This document shows positions 52,833-61,052 of a DNA stretch of 64,000 bases, one piece after another. The notes under the pieces were generated by a model, which saw only the letters and a program-made list of their open reading frames with translations, made no database searches and was not told the origin of the DNA. Position 1 is the stretch's first letter; every line of letters starts with the position of its first letter. Made by a program: the position numbers and the translations under genes. The DNA is from Spirulina sp. (lineage in GTDB: Bacteria > Cyanobacteriota > Cyanobacteriia > Phormidesmidales > Phormidesmidaceae): the NCBI GenBank assembly GCA_044070495.1, contig JBIPSI010000019.1:44646-108645 (forward strand), in the 5' to 3' direction.

Positions 52833-54880
52833 AGTTGCTATCGCTAAGGCTGTTTAATTTTCGTCAGTTCTGGGGTGAGGTACACCTCGATTTGGCTCAC
52901 CAAAATAGCCACAATGTCACGGTCATCCACGGCAACAATGGGGCGGGCAAAACCACCCTGCTGAATGGCTTTACCTGGGCACTCTACAACCAGCGCAGCC
53001 CTGCCTTTGCCCCTGGCCCTTTGGTGAATAATCGCGCCCTGGGGGAGGTGCCCGTGGGTAGCTTAGTGGAAGGCTGGGTGGAGGTGCTGTTTGAGCACAG
53101 CGGCAAGGAATACCAGGTGCGGCGTTCCTGCGTGGCTCAGAAAGATCCATCTGGGCAAATTGTGGAAGAACCCGGCAGCTTGCAGCTTAAGATCAACGGC
53201 ACGCTGATTACCGAAAAGGACGACATCGAAGATGCCATCGGCAGCGTGTTGCCCAGCAGTTTGCACCGCTACTTTTTCTTTGATGGGGAGCGAATCGAGC
53301 AGATTGTAAAGTCTGAGAACCGGGCGGATATGGCAACGGCCATTAAGACCCTCTTGAGTGTGGAAATGCTGGAGCGGGGCATCAACCACCTGGACTATGC
53401 CCGCAAGCAGCTTGAAAAGGAACTCAGCGCCATTGGCGACACCGAAACCAAGCGGCTGATGGCCGAAAAGAACCGCCGAGAGGAAGAAAAAGCCCAAAAG
53501 GAAACCCGCCGCGAAGCCATTGTGCAAGATTTGCTGGATCAGGAAGACCTGAAGCAGCGCTACAGCGCCCAACTGCGCGATCTAGATCAGGTGAAGGGGA
53601 TTCAGCAGCGGCGCGACGACCTGCAAAGCCAAATGGAAGACCTAGAGCAGCAGTTGGGCCGCAATGAAGACCGTCTGCGGCGGACGATTTCGTCGCGGGG
53701 CTACATGGTGTTTTTAGGCGATACCATTGCCCAATTCAAAGATCTCGCCGCCGACCTGCGCCGCAAGGGAGAACTGCCCGCTGGCATTAAGCGCCAGTTT
53801 GTGCAGGATTTGCTGGATCAAGAAGCCTGTATTTGCGGTGCCCCCCTCACCACGGGCACGGCCAACCGTCGGGAGGTAGAAACCTGGCTGGGCAAGGGGG
53901 GCTTGCAGGATGTGGAGGAGGCCGTGATTAAAATGAGCGGCGAGGTGGAAAGCCTGGAGCGGCAAATCCCGGAATTTTGGGATGAAATTGATCAGGAACA
54001 GGCCAGTATCGAAAATCTGCGGGCTCGGATTAGCAAATTGCAAGACCAAATTAGCGACATCCGCACCCAGCTCAAGGGCAATGAGGATGTAAATGTGCAG
54101 GGCATTGAGCGGCGGCTGGAAGAAACGGAGCAGGCCATTACTGCTCGCCACCGGGAAGATGCGGTGCTGAAGGATGAGATCAAGCGCCTAGAGGAGGCTA
54201 TCGCCGAGGTGGATAAGCAGATCAAGGCCCACGAGGCGAAGGATCAGGAGCAGGCGCGGGTGAAGCGGCAGATCGCAGCGGCCCAGGATGCCATTGCCCG
54301 CCTGAATGAGGTGAAGCACCGGGTAGACCTGAAGTTTCGGGCGGTGCTGGAGGAGAAGGTGCGGGAGATCTTTCGGCGCATTTCCTTTACGCCCTACCTG
54401 CCCCAACTCACCGAAAACTACGAGCTACGGCTGATTGACCCCAACCTAGAGGGCGAGGCCACGGTGGCCGCTTCTACGGGGCAAAACCAGATTCTCAGTC
54501 TGGCCTTTATTGGCAGCGTAATTGACCGGGTACGGGCCTGGAGCAAAAAGCATTCCGCCATTGGGCTAGATGGTGGTGGCTTCCCGATTGTGATGGATTC
54601 GCCCTTTGGTAGCCTCGATTCGGGCAACCGCAGCAACATTGCCAATGCCATTACCGAGCTGTCGGATCAGTTGGTGGTGATGGTGAGCAAAACCCAGTGG
54701 CTAAATGAGGTGGAGCGGGAAATGGAACCCTCCATCGGGGCGGAATATGTGTTGGTTTACCACACGGCCAAGGAGGATGCCGGCCTGGAGGATATGGAGC
54801 GCTATGGTCGCCGCTACCCACTGGTGAAGCGCAGCCCCAATACCTTTACCTGGACGGAGGTGGTGCGGGTGGAGCAGTAG
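52829..54880 (+). CDS. SMC/Rad50-like ABC ATPase with a CxC hook (DndD paralog)
   Basis: GNNGAGKTT, YFFFDGE, coiled coil with central CICG, ASTGQ signature, VMDSPFGSLD. Confidence 0.88.
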   Translation: MKLLSLRLFNFRQFWGEVHLDLAHQNSHNVTVIHGNNGAGKTTLLNGFTWALYNQRSPAFAPGPLVNNRALGEVPVGSLVEGWVEVLFEHSGKEYQVRRSCVAQKDPSGQIVEEPGSLQLKINGTLITEKDDIEDAIGSVLPSSLHRYFFFDGERIEQIVKSENRADMATAIKTLLSVEMLERGINHLDYARKQLEKELSAIGDTETKRLMAEKNRREEEKAQKETRREAIVQDLLDQEDLKQRYSAQLRDLDQVKGIQQRRDDLQSQMEDLEQQLGRNEDRLRRTISSRGYMVFLGDTIAQFKDLAADLRRKGELPAGIKRQFVQDLLDQEACICGAPLTTGTANRREVETWLGKGGLQDVEEAVIKMSGEVESLERQIPEFWDEIDQEQASIENLRARISKLQDQISDIRTQLKGNEDVNVQGIERRLEETEQAITARHREDAVLKDEIKRLEEAIAEVDKQIKAHEAKDQEQARVKRQIAAAQDAIARLNEVKHRVDLKFRAVLEEKVREIFRRISFTPYLPQLTENYELRLIDPNLEGEATVAASTGQNQILSLAFIGSVIDRVRAWSKKHSAIGLDGGGFPIVMDSPFGSLDSGNRSNIANAITELSDQLVVMVSKTQWLNEVEREMEPSIGAEYVLVYHTAKEDAGLEDMERYGRRYPLVKRSPNTFTWTEVVRVEQ

Positions 54881-54925
54881 TGGGGTGAATAGGATAAGTA
54901 CAATGGGGAAAACTGCTGATGGACA

Positions 54926-55597
54926 ATGGGGAACGCTATGGTTAGCACGGCACCACAACCCATCGTTACCGATGAATGGGTACCCGCCTCGTGGGTGGAG
55001 TATATGGCGCGGCTAGAATCCGTGGTGCCGCAGGAGGCCCGCTGCTATTTTGATGCCGATTGGATGAGGGTAGAAATGTCGCCCCTGGGTGCGCTCCACG
55101 GACGGGAAAACTCGATTGTTTCGACGCTGGTGGTGCTGTATGCCACGCTGAAGGGTCTGCGCATGGTGGAGCTGACCAACACCACGTTTCGCAAGACGGG
55201 GCTGCAAGAGGCTCAGCCTGATATTGCCTTTTATGTGGGGCAGGGGTTTGATCTGCCGCCACGGGACAACCGACCGATTGATGTGTTGACCCACGGTGCG
55301 CCTCAGTTGGTGATAGAAATTGCCTCGACGACGCTCAATGATGATCTGGGCAAGAAGCGGCTGCTCTATGAACGGCTGGGCGCGGCTGAATATTGGGTGG
55401 TGGATGTGCAGGCGGCCCAGGTGATTGCCTTCGAGATTGCGGATCGCCGCAGTGGGCAAATTACGGAGTCCCAGGTATTGCCCGGTTTGGCGATGACGAC
55501 GCTGGAAATGGCGCTGGAGCGTTCGCAGCATGAGGATGATGCCACCATCACGCGCTGGCTGTTGGAGTTGTTTAGCCACGGCGCACAGGAAGACTAA
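54926..55597 (+). CDS. Uma2 family putative endonuclease
   Basis: AQPDIAFY, PQLVIEIAST, DDLGKKRLLYERLGAAEYWVVDV; start may be 54938. Confidence 0.88.
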   Translation: MGNAMVSTAPQPIVTDEWVPASWVEYMARLESVVPQEARCYFDADWMRVEMSPLGALHGRENSIVSTLVVLYATLKGLRMVELTNTTFRKTGLQEAQPDIAFYVGQGFDLPPRDNRPIDVLTHGAPQLVIEIASTTLNDDLGKKRLLYERLGAAEYWVVDVQAAQVIAFEIADRRSGQITESQVLPGLAMTTLEMALERSQHEDDATITRWLLELFSHGAQED

Positions 55598-55676
55598 ATG
55601 ATCTCGACTGCCTGAGTTCTAGAAGCTTCTGGCGGAATGCTAAGACCAGACAACGAAGAATTGATGGGGAAACAAA

Positions 55677-56126
55677 ATGGCAGATATACGAATTAAGGTT
55701 GCGAAGGATAAGGCGAAGCTGGTAAAGGCGCTACGATCTGGCGAGGGTTCGACCGGGCCGTTTCAGACTTATGCAGATGTAGTGGCTTTTGGTGCAGCTT
55801 TTGGTTTTAGCAAGAGGAAGCGAGTTCCTTTTGATCAAATCTCACGCGGAAATCCTGATCCAATACCAGCCGATCAGTTCAAAAACAGATCACTTATAGA
55901 CTTAATAGCTGTAGCAGAAACTCATGATCCTAATATTCTGAGTAGTATTGACGAGAAGCTTCAGGAAAAGGCAACAATCTTCGAAGAATACGCAAATGGA
56001 GGCTTTGAAATCTTGGAGTCTTACATATCTGGAGTTATTGATGTATCTAAACAAATATTACTACTTGTAAAATCTGGCGAAGTTAAGATTGACTCAGAAG
56101 ACCTTGATGTTTTAAATTTTCTTTAA
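55677..56126 (+). CDS. DNA phosphorothioation-associated protein 4-like
   Basis: RIKVAKDKAKLVKAL...GPFQTYADVVAFGAAFG...IFEEYANGGFEIL; dnd context. Confidence 0.75.
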   Translation: MADIRIKVAKDKAKLVKALRSGEGSTGPFQTYADVVAFGAAFGFSKRKRVPFDQISRGNPDPIPADQFKNRSLIDLIAVAETHDPNILSSIDEKLQEKATIFEEYANGGFEILESYISGVIDVSKQILLLVKSGEVKIDSEDLDVLNFL

Positions 56127-56154
56127 AGCAATCTAAGAAATAAATTAGATAAAC

Positions 56155-56676
56155 TTGAGAGTTCACCAAATACCAAGTCAGCTAGAAATACTTTCGTACT
56201 ACTCTAAGAGATTTCAGAGAATTCGAGTAGATCGTGCTCATGGTATTGCACCTCATAAGCCATTGTTATTGCTCTCAGTTATCGAAATGATCTCTCATAA
56301 GGAGATTCAGGAGAACAAGATCTACTTGTCAAGTGAACTAATCCAGAAGTTCCTTAAGTATTGGAGCTATTTAGGCTCAGAATCCCATCATCCTGATATT
56401 TCGCGGCCATACTTCCATATGAGAAGCGGAAAATTTTGGCATCTCATGGCAAATCCAGGTTACGAAAATGTCATTTCTTCTAAAGTGAAATTAAAAACTT
56501 TCTTTGAGGTTAAACGAAGCATTGAATATGCTTATCTTGACGAGGATTTATTTGATCTTATGAATATTAGTAAATACAGAGAGAGTTTATTATCTGTTCT
56601 GGTAGGCCAGTGGTTTCCTGGCAGATTAGACGAGGTTATGAGTATTGCAGAAACCAATCTTTTTAGCGAAGAATAA
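56155..56676 (+). CDS. Stand-alone sulfur-binding-domain (SBD)-like protein
   Basis: APHKPLLLLSVI...RPYFHMRS.KFWHL...YAYLDEDLF; no nuclease domain; AT-rich. Confidence 0.65.
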   Translation: MRVHQIPSQLEILSYYSKRFQRIRVDRAHGIAPHKPLLLLSVIEMISHKEIQENKIYLSSELIQKFLKYWSYLGSESHHPDISRPYFHMRSGKFWHLMANPGYENVISSKVKLKTFFEVKRSIEYAYLDEDLFDLMNISKYRESLLSVLVGQWFPGRLDEVMSIAETNLFSEE

Positions 56677-56699
56677 TTGCGACAGGTTGAATCAGCTTT

Positions 56700-57671
56700 A
56701 TGGAAAAGAATCTTGCTTACTATGCAAGTAAACTTAGAGGGCTTCGAGTTAATACTAACAAAGGAGTTACACCATATCAACCGCTATTGCTTTTGGCAGT
56801 TATGGAACTGGTCGGACAGCAATATATCTCAGAAAACAAGATATACCTAACTCCAGAATTAATTTCAATATTTGTGAAATATAGAAGTCAACTAAGCCCG
56901 GCACATTATCAAGCTGATTTAGCGCAACCCTTTTTCTTCATGAGTAAAATAAATGAACCTTTTTGGCACTTAAAGCCAAAGTTGGGCCAGGAAGCTGTCT
57001 TAAATTCTGGAACAAGACTTAACACAATTCCTTTACTAAGAAGAAATATTGAATATGCGTATTTAGATGTAGAGTTATTTGGTTATCTTCAAGCTCCTAT
57101 ATCCAGAAATTCTTTAATATCAGTTTTGGTAGAAAAATGGTTCTCAGATCAGCCTAGGCGAATTGAAAAACTCATGGGTGTTAACCCTTTTCAAAAATTT
57201 TCATACTCACAATCTGAGGAGCATCGTCAGTTACCTCTTGTTAGTGAGCTAGATGCAGTAAAGCCCTATGAGGCAATAGAAACAGTACGAGATGCTACTT
57301 TTAGAAAAAATATAGTGAAGCTGTACGATAATAGGTGTGCATTTTGCCAATTAAGAATCATTGCAGGTGATGAAACTAACATTGTTGATGGAGCGCATAT
57401 TAAACCGTTCTCAAAATTCAAAGATGATAGCTACACAAATGGCATTTCTCTCTGTAAAAACCATCATTGGGCTTTTGATCATGGGTGGTTTAGCCTTGAT
57501 CAGGAATATCGAATACTAATTCGAGAGAATTGGATTAGTGAAAATGCACCTTCAAATATTAAAGCGATGAGTGAGTATCATCTTGAGAGTATTTTCTTGC
57601 CTCATGATGAAGAATTTTTGCCTGATCAAAATGCCTTAGCTTGGCATCGTGAGAACTGGCATATTGCATAG
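56700..57671 (+). CDS. SBD-like + HNH endonuclease (modification-dependent restriction type)
   Basis: TPYQPLLLLAV...QPFF...FWHL...YAYLD; RDATFR...YDNRCAFC...DGAHIKPF...NGISLCKNHHWAFDHG. Confidence 0.82.
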   Translation: MEKNLAYYASKLRGLRVNTNKGVTPYQPLLLLAVMELVGQQYISENKIYLTPELISIFVKYRSQLSPAHYQADLAQPFFFMSKINEPFWHLKPKLGQEAVLNSGTRLNTIPLLRRNIEYAYLDVELFGYLQAPISRNSLISVLVEKWFSDQPRRIEKLMGVNPFQKFSYSQSEEHRQLPLVSELDAVKPYEAIETVRDATFRKNIVKLYDNRCAFCQLRIIAGDETNIVDGAHIKPFSKFKDDSYTNGISLCKNHHWAFDHGWFSLDQEYRILIRENWISENAPSNIKAMSEYHLESIFLPHDEEFLPDQNALAWHRENWHIA

Positions 57672-57899
57672 TCAAGTTTCATTGCCTAAGTACAAATCAG
57701 CAAAAGTCTTTGCCGCTTCAGGGTTCAACGTTTTTAGTGCCCTAACAATTTCAACCACCGTTTCCGCTGTTGGGTCGCGCTTCTCATTCACCCAGCGGTA
57801 AACATTATTGCGTTCCACATCCATCGCCACCGCCAAGGCAAACTGGCTGATGCTGTAATCCTCTAGAACCTGTTTCAGCGCTTGTCCTGCTTTTCCCAT
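57672..57899 (-). CDS. XRE-family helix-turn-helix transcriptional regulator
   Basis: LKQVLEDYSISQFALAVAMDVERNNVYRWVNEKRDP. Confidence 0.85.
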   Translation of the reverse strand: MGKAGQALKQVLEDYSISQFALAVAMDVERNNVYRWVNEKRDPTAETVVEIVRALKTLNPEAAKTFADLYLGNET

Positions 57900-57936
57900 G
57901 CGTCCATGGTTTCAGAGAATCACCCATCTAGACACA

Positions 57937-58002
57937 TCCTAGTGGTTGACAGTCAACCTTTAGGCAGGCTAGACTGCATCACATCGTCCTAGTGGTTGAC
58001 AG
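57937..58002. promoter_or_regulatory. Putative operator/promoter between the divergent XRE gene and its partner
   Basis: 16-bp direct repeat TCCTAGTGGTTGACAG at 57937-57952 and 57987-58002; palindrome GGTTGAC-A-GTCAACC at 57944-57958; contains TTGACA. Confidence 0.65.
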
Positions 58003-58005
58003 ATT

Positions 58006-58299
58006 ATGCAAACCCCCACCGCCCGCTACAGCACCCGCCTCACCAGTCCCGACCCCGTCCACCTAGAACTCACCCTCAAACTCCACACCTACCCCCACCC
58101 CGACCGCGAACCCGTTAAAATTCTCATCATCGGCAGTAAACCCGCCGTTAGCTCCATCGTCGTGGCCCTACATCAGCTTGGCTTTGCCGAAATCTTTGAA
58201 TGGACGGACTTCCTCAGCGCCCCCAATGCCGATAGACCGTTGCAGTTTCAGCCCTATGAGGTCATGAAAGCTCTCATAAAGTATTTACCTAAAAATTAA
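58006..58299 (+). CDS. Hypothetical protein divergent from the XRE regulator
   Basis: 97-aa ORF, ILIIGS...LHQLGFAEIFEW. Confidence 0.65.
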   Translation: MQTPTARYSTRLTSPDPVHLELTLKLHTYPHPDREPVKILIIGSKPAVSSIVVALHQLGFAEIFEWTDFLSAPNADRPLQFQPYEVMKALIKYLPKN

Positions 58300-58312
58300 T
58301 CATGAAAGCTAA

Positions 58313-58603
58313 ATCAGGAGGTTTTCCGGTGACGGGAAAATTTACAGGAACGTTATCAGAGTGGTTGATATTTCTAAAATGTCTACCAGAGGTGTTGTAG
58401 ATGTCATCGTACTAGGTTGGAATCCTAACATTTCCATAGAACTATCACTAGCATTGGTTCGTGAGTGGATCTCTGATTTCGAGCCTACAGAAGGTTGCCG
58501 CCTGATTGCAAAAGTAAATATTAGTGCTGAGAAACTAGAAGATTTGTATCTTACTGATTTTGAGAGAGCGATTGAACCGGAAGAAATTGATAAATTTAGA
58601 TGA
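58313..58603 (+). pseudogene. Probable 3' fragment of an unidentified gene
   Basis: AT-rich frame open from 58313 (YRNVIRVVDI...VIVLGWNP...AKVNISAEKLEDLYLTDFE) with no convincing start; abuts the dndC-like remnant. Confidence 0.4.
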
Positions 58604-58976
58604 CTCTCTTTCTGCCATCTACCACGAAATCACTGGCGAAAAATTCCACGATCCCCGTGCCACCGCCGACACCACCACCCTCAGCCCCGACGAATGGGCC
58701 ATCCTAGAAACCCTCTGCAACGACGACCCCATGTATCTCGAACTCGTCGCCAAACTCCTCGACACCGAACGCAAATATCAAACCATGAGCCGCCGCACCG
58801 GAATCTACAAAGCCCTCCAAACCTGCTTTGAAACCAGCGCCCTCGCCAAAGCCCCCGCCATCCAACGCGCCGAAACCATCCGTACCCTCAAACAAGCCGA
58901 AGAAAACGGCGACATCGATACCTTTCAAAATGCTTGGGCCAACCTGAAGTTTGGGCAAAGGGGAGAAAGAACGTGA
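58596..58976 (+). pseudogene. dndC: C-terminal remnant of the DNA phosphorothioation sulfurtransferase DndC
   Basis: DDSLSAIYHEITGEKFHDPR...DEWAILETLC...LELVAKLLDTERKYQTMSRRTGIY...CFETS resembles cyanobacterial DndC C-termini as recalled; lies upstream of dndD; no PAPS-reductase domain. Confidence 0.65.
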
Positions 58977-59024
58977 GGTGGTGGGATAGCTACAATAAAA
59001 CCAACCTCGCTAGGCAAGGCATCC

Positions 59025-59225
59025 ATGTTGATTCAGAAAATCGTGCAAGAACTGCAAGGCATCCCCGAAGACAAGCTAGAAGAACTCTTCGACCTCATCC
59101 ACTACTTCCGTTTGGGCCTAGCCAACGAGGCATCCCAACCCCGCAGCCCCGGTCTTCTCCCCGGACAACTCAGCGATACCTTCTTTGACCCCCTCCCAGA
59201 AGAGGAACTTCAACAGTGGGAATAA
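59025..59225 (+). CDS. Antitoxin (DUF2281/VapB-like)
   Basis: IPEDKLEELFDLIHYFR...PGLLPG..SDTFFDPLPEEEL; overlaps the PIN gene. Confidence 0.75.
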   Translation: MLIQKIVQELQGIPEDKLEELFDLIHYFRLGLANEASQPRSPGLLPGQLSDTFFDPLPEEELQQWE

Positions 59226-59611
59226 CCTACCTACTCGATACCCACATTTTGCTGTGGTGGATCTTCAACGATTCAAAGCTAGACGAGACGTGCCGCACCA
59301 TTATCGCCAACCCTAGCCATCGCATCCTCGTCAGCAGCGCCTCGGCCTGGGAAATTGCCACCAAACATCGCATTGGCAAATTACCAGAGGCTAAAACCCT
59401 AGTCGCTACCTATTCAGAGACTCTGAACCGCGCTAATTTTGAAGAACTTGCCATCACCGCCAAACATGCCCTAAGAGCCGGAGGGCTGCCCATCGCCCAT
59501 CGCGACCCCTTTGATCGTATGCTGATGGCCCAAGCAGAACTAGAAAATATCCCTATCATCACCTACGATCCAGCCTTCCAGACTGGTTTCATTCAAGTGA
59601 TTCCCAGGTAG
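59216..59611 (+). CDS. vapC: VapC family PIN-domain toxin
   Basis: YLLDTHILLW, SASAWEIATK, HRDPFDRMLMAQA, ITYD. Confidence 0.9.
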   Translation: MGITYLLDTHILLWWIFNDSKLDETCRTIIANPSHRILVSSASAWEIATKHRIGKLPEAKTLVATYSETLNRANFEELAITAKHALRAGGLPIAHRDPFDRMLMAQAELENIPIITYDPAFQTGFIQVIPR

Positions 59612-59631
59612 TAGGGTGGGCACTGCCCACC
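59611..59631 (+). repeat. REP-like palindrome
   Basis: GTAGGGTGGGCACTGCCCACC at the vapC stop. Confidence 0.85.
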
Positions 59632-59727
59632 ACCTAGCTAGGAAAGTCCTCCCTGTTGATTGCCCTCCCCAAAGAGGAAGCGTGTAGAACCTTGTTACGG
59701 TAGATAAGTAGACTTGAGGTGTAAGCC

Positions 59728-59994
59728 ATGACATTACAAGAACTACAACAACAGATGACCCAGCTAACGGTGCAGGATCGCCTGCAACTCGTGCAAATTT
59801 TAATTGCCTCGATTCAACAAGACACCCAAGACTTTCAAGCAGCCAACCCTAATCAACCCCAGGATGAGACTACCCTTGACGCAGACTTAGTCAACCTCCA
59901 TCCTTGGACAAAAAGCTTCATCGGTATTCTGCAACAACCCCTCGATGATAACAAAGAGACTTACATTGACTATCTAGAGGAGAAATACGCTTGA
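59728..59994 (+). CDS. Putative antitoxin
   Basis: 88 aa ending YIDYLEEKY; TTGA overlap with the following PIN gene. Confidence 0.7.
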   Translation: MTLQELQQQMTQLTVQDRLQLVQILIASIQQDTQDFQAANPNQPQDETTLDADLVNLHPWTKSFIGILQQPLDDNKETYIDYLEEKYA

Positions 59995-60413
59995 AAAAAG
60001 TATTATTTGACAGCGATGTTTTGCTAGATGTTCTACTGAATCGCCATCCCTTCATAATAGACTCGGCCCAGGCATTGAATGTTGTTGCAACCGAAAAGGT
60101 AAAAGGATATCTCTCTGGGCACGCCGTTACTAACCTTTACTACATTATGCGTCGCCAGCTTAATAGCAACGTAGCCCATGAAAAGTTAAGTCAATTGCTG
60201 CAACGCATTCAGGTAGCTAGTGTAACGGATAGCGTGATTCGAGCCGCATTACAAAATTCAATGACTGATTTTGAAGATGCCGTCACTAGCGAAGCAGCTC
60301 ATGCCACCCAGATAGACCTGATCGTAACTCGAAATATCTCAGACTTTGAGAAGTCTCCTACCCCTGCTGTTCTGCCAGGTAAGCTAGTTGAAATATTGTC
60401 AAATGAAGTCTGA
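59991..60413 (+). CDS. PIN-domain toxin
   Basis: VLFDSDVLLD, DFEDAV, IVTRNISDF. Confidence 0.88.
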   Translation: MKKVLFDSDVLLDVLLNRHPFIIDSAQALNVVATEKVKGYLSGHAVTNLYYIMRRQLNSNVAHEKLSQLLQRIQVASVTDSVIRAALQNSMTDFEDAVTSEAAHATQIDLIVTRNISDFEKSPTPAVLPGKLVEILSNEV

Positions 60414-60486
60414 TTCTCTGGCAATGAAACCTATCGGTTAGAATGTCAGACCAGTGAAATAGCTACAATGGGAAAGAGCAAAGAGG

Positions 60487-60678
60487 ATGGCAATCCGCAT
60501 GGAAATACGCGATCACCAAATCCTGAAGGAGTTTTCTGCCAACGTGCGCCAGCAATTTCCTGATGCACAAATTTGGGCCTTTGGCTCACGGGCAAGGGGT
60601 AATGCTCAGTTTGAGTCTAGCCCTTATAAGGCCAGTCCTCTGGTTCACAGCATCCTTGCAGAAGGCATTGCCGCATGA
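60487..60678 (+). pseudogene. Minimal nucleotidyltransferase (MNT) with an internal deletion
   Basis: IWAFGSRARG is present but the DxD motif and core are missing; ends SPLVHSILAEGIAA; 63 aa. Confidence 0.6.
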
Positions 60679-61052
60679 GTCAGCCTATCAACCAGCCATC
60701 AGCTAATTTAGCGACTCTACCCGCCATTCGCGAAATCATGGATCGGTCTGCTAAAATTGCTGAGATTTGCCAGCATAACCAAGTTGCTCGCCTAGAACTC
60801 TTTGGTTCTGCCGTCACCACAGCCTTCGACCCTGCTACCAGCGACCTAGATTTTTTGGTAGAGTTTTCTACCGACATTCCCGAAGGTGCATCGGAACGCT
60901 TTTTTGGACTCAAACAAGGTCTGTCCGAAATTTTAGGCCGTAGCATTGACCTAATTGAAGTAAACACCATTCAAAATCCTTACTTTCTTCGAGCCATTTC
61001 TAATAACCGATTAACCATCTATGGAAACCGAAATCCAGAAGTATCTGTATGA
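60675..61052 (+). CDS. MNT nucleotidyltransferase antitoxin (MntA-like)
   Basis: LELFGSAV...SDLDFLVEF...GRSIDL. Confidence 0.85.
   Translation: MSQPINQPSANLATLPAIREIMDRSAKIAEICQHNQVARLELFGSAVTTAFDPATSDLDFLVEFSTDIPEGASERFFGLKQGLSEILGRSIDLIEVNTIQNPYFLRAISNNRLTIYGNRNPEVSV

Noticed and set aside
52829..54880. Calling this ATPase dndD or sbcC
   Set aside because: A canonical dndD is at 61362-63332; this protein has a CxC hook, a different signature and no sbcD partner.
56155..57671. One frameshifted SBD-SBD-HNH gene
   Set aside because: The first ORF ends at a clean TAA and the second has its own ATG and a complete N-terminal domain; two genes is the simpler reading.
58560..58976. Intact 138-aa gene as given in the ORF track
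   Set aside because: The TTG start and first ~12 codons come from the upstream AT-rich fragment; the rest reads as a DndC-like C-terminus.
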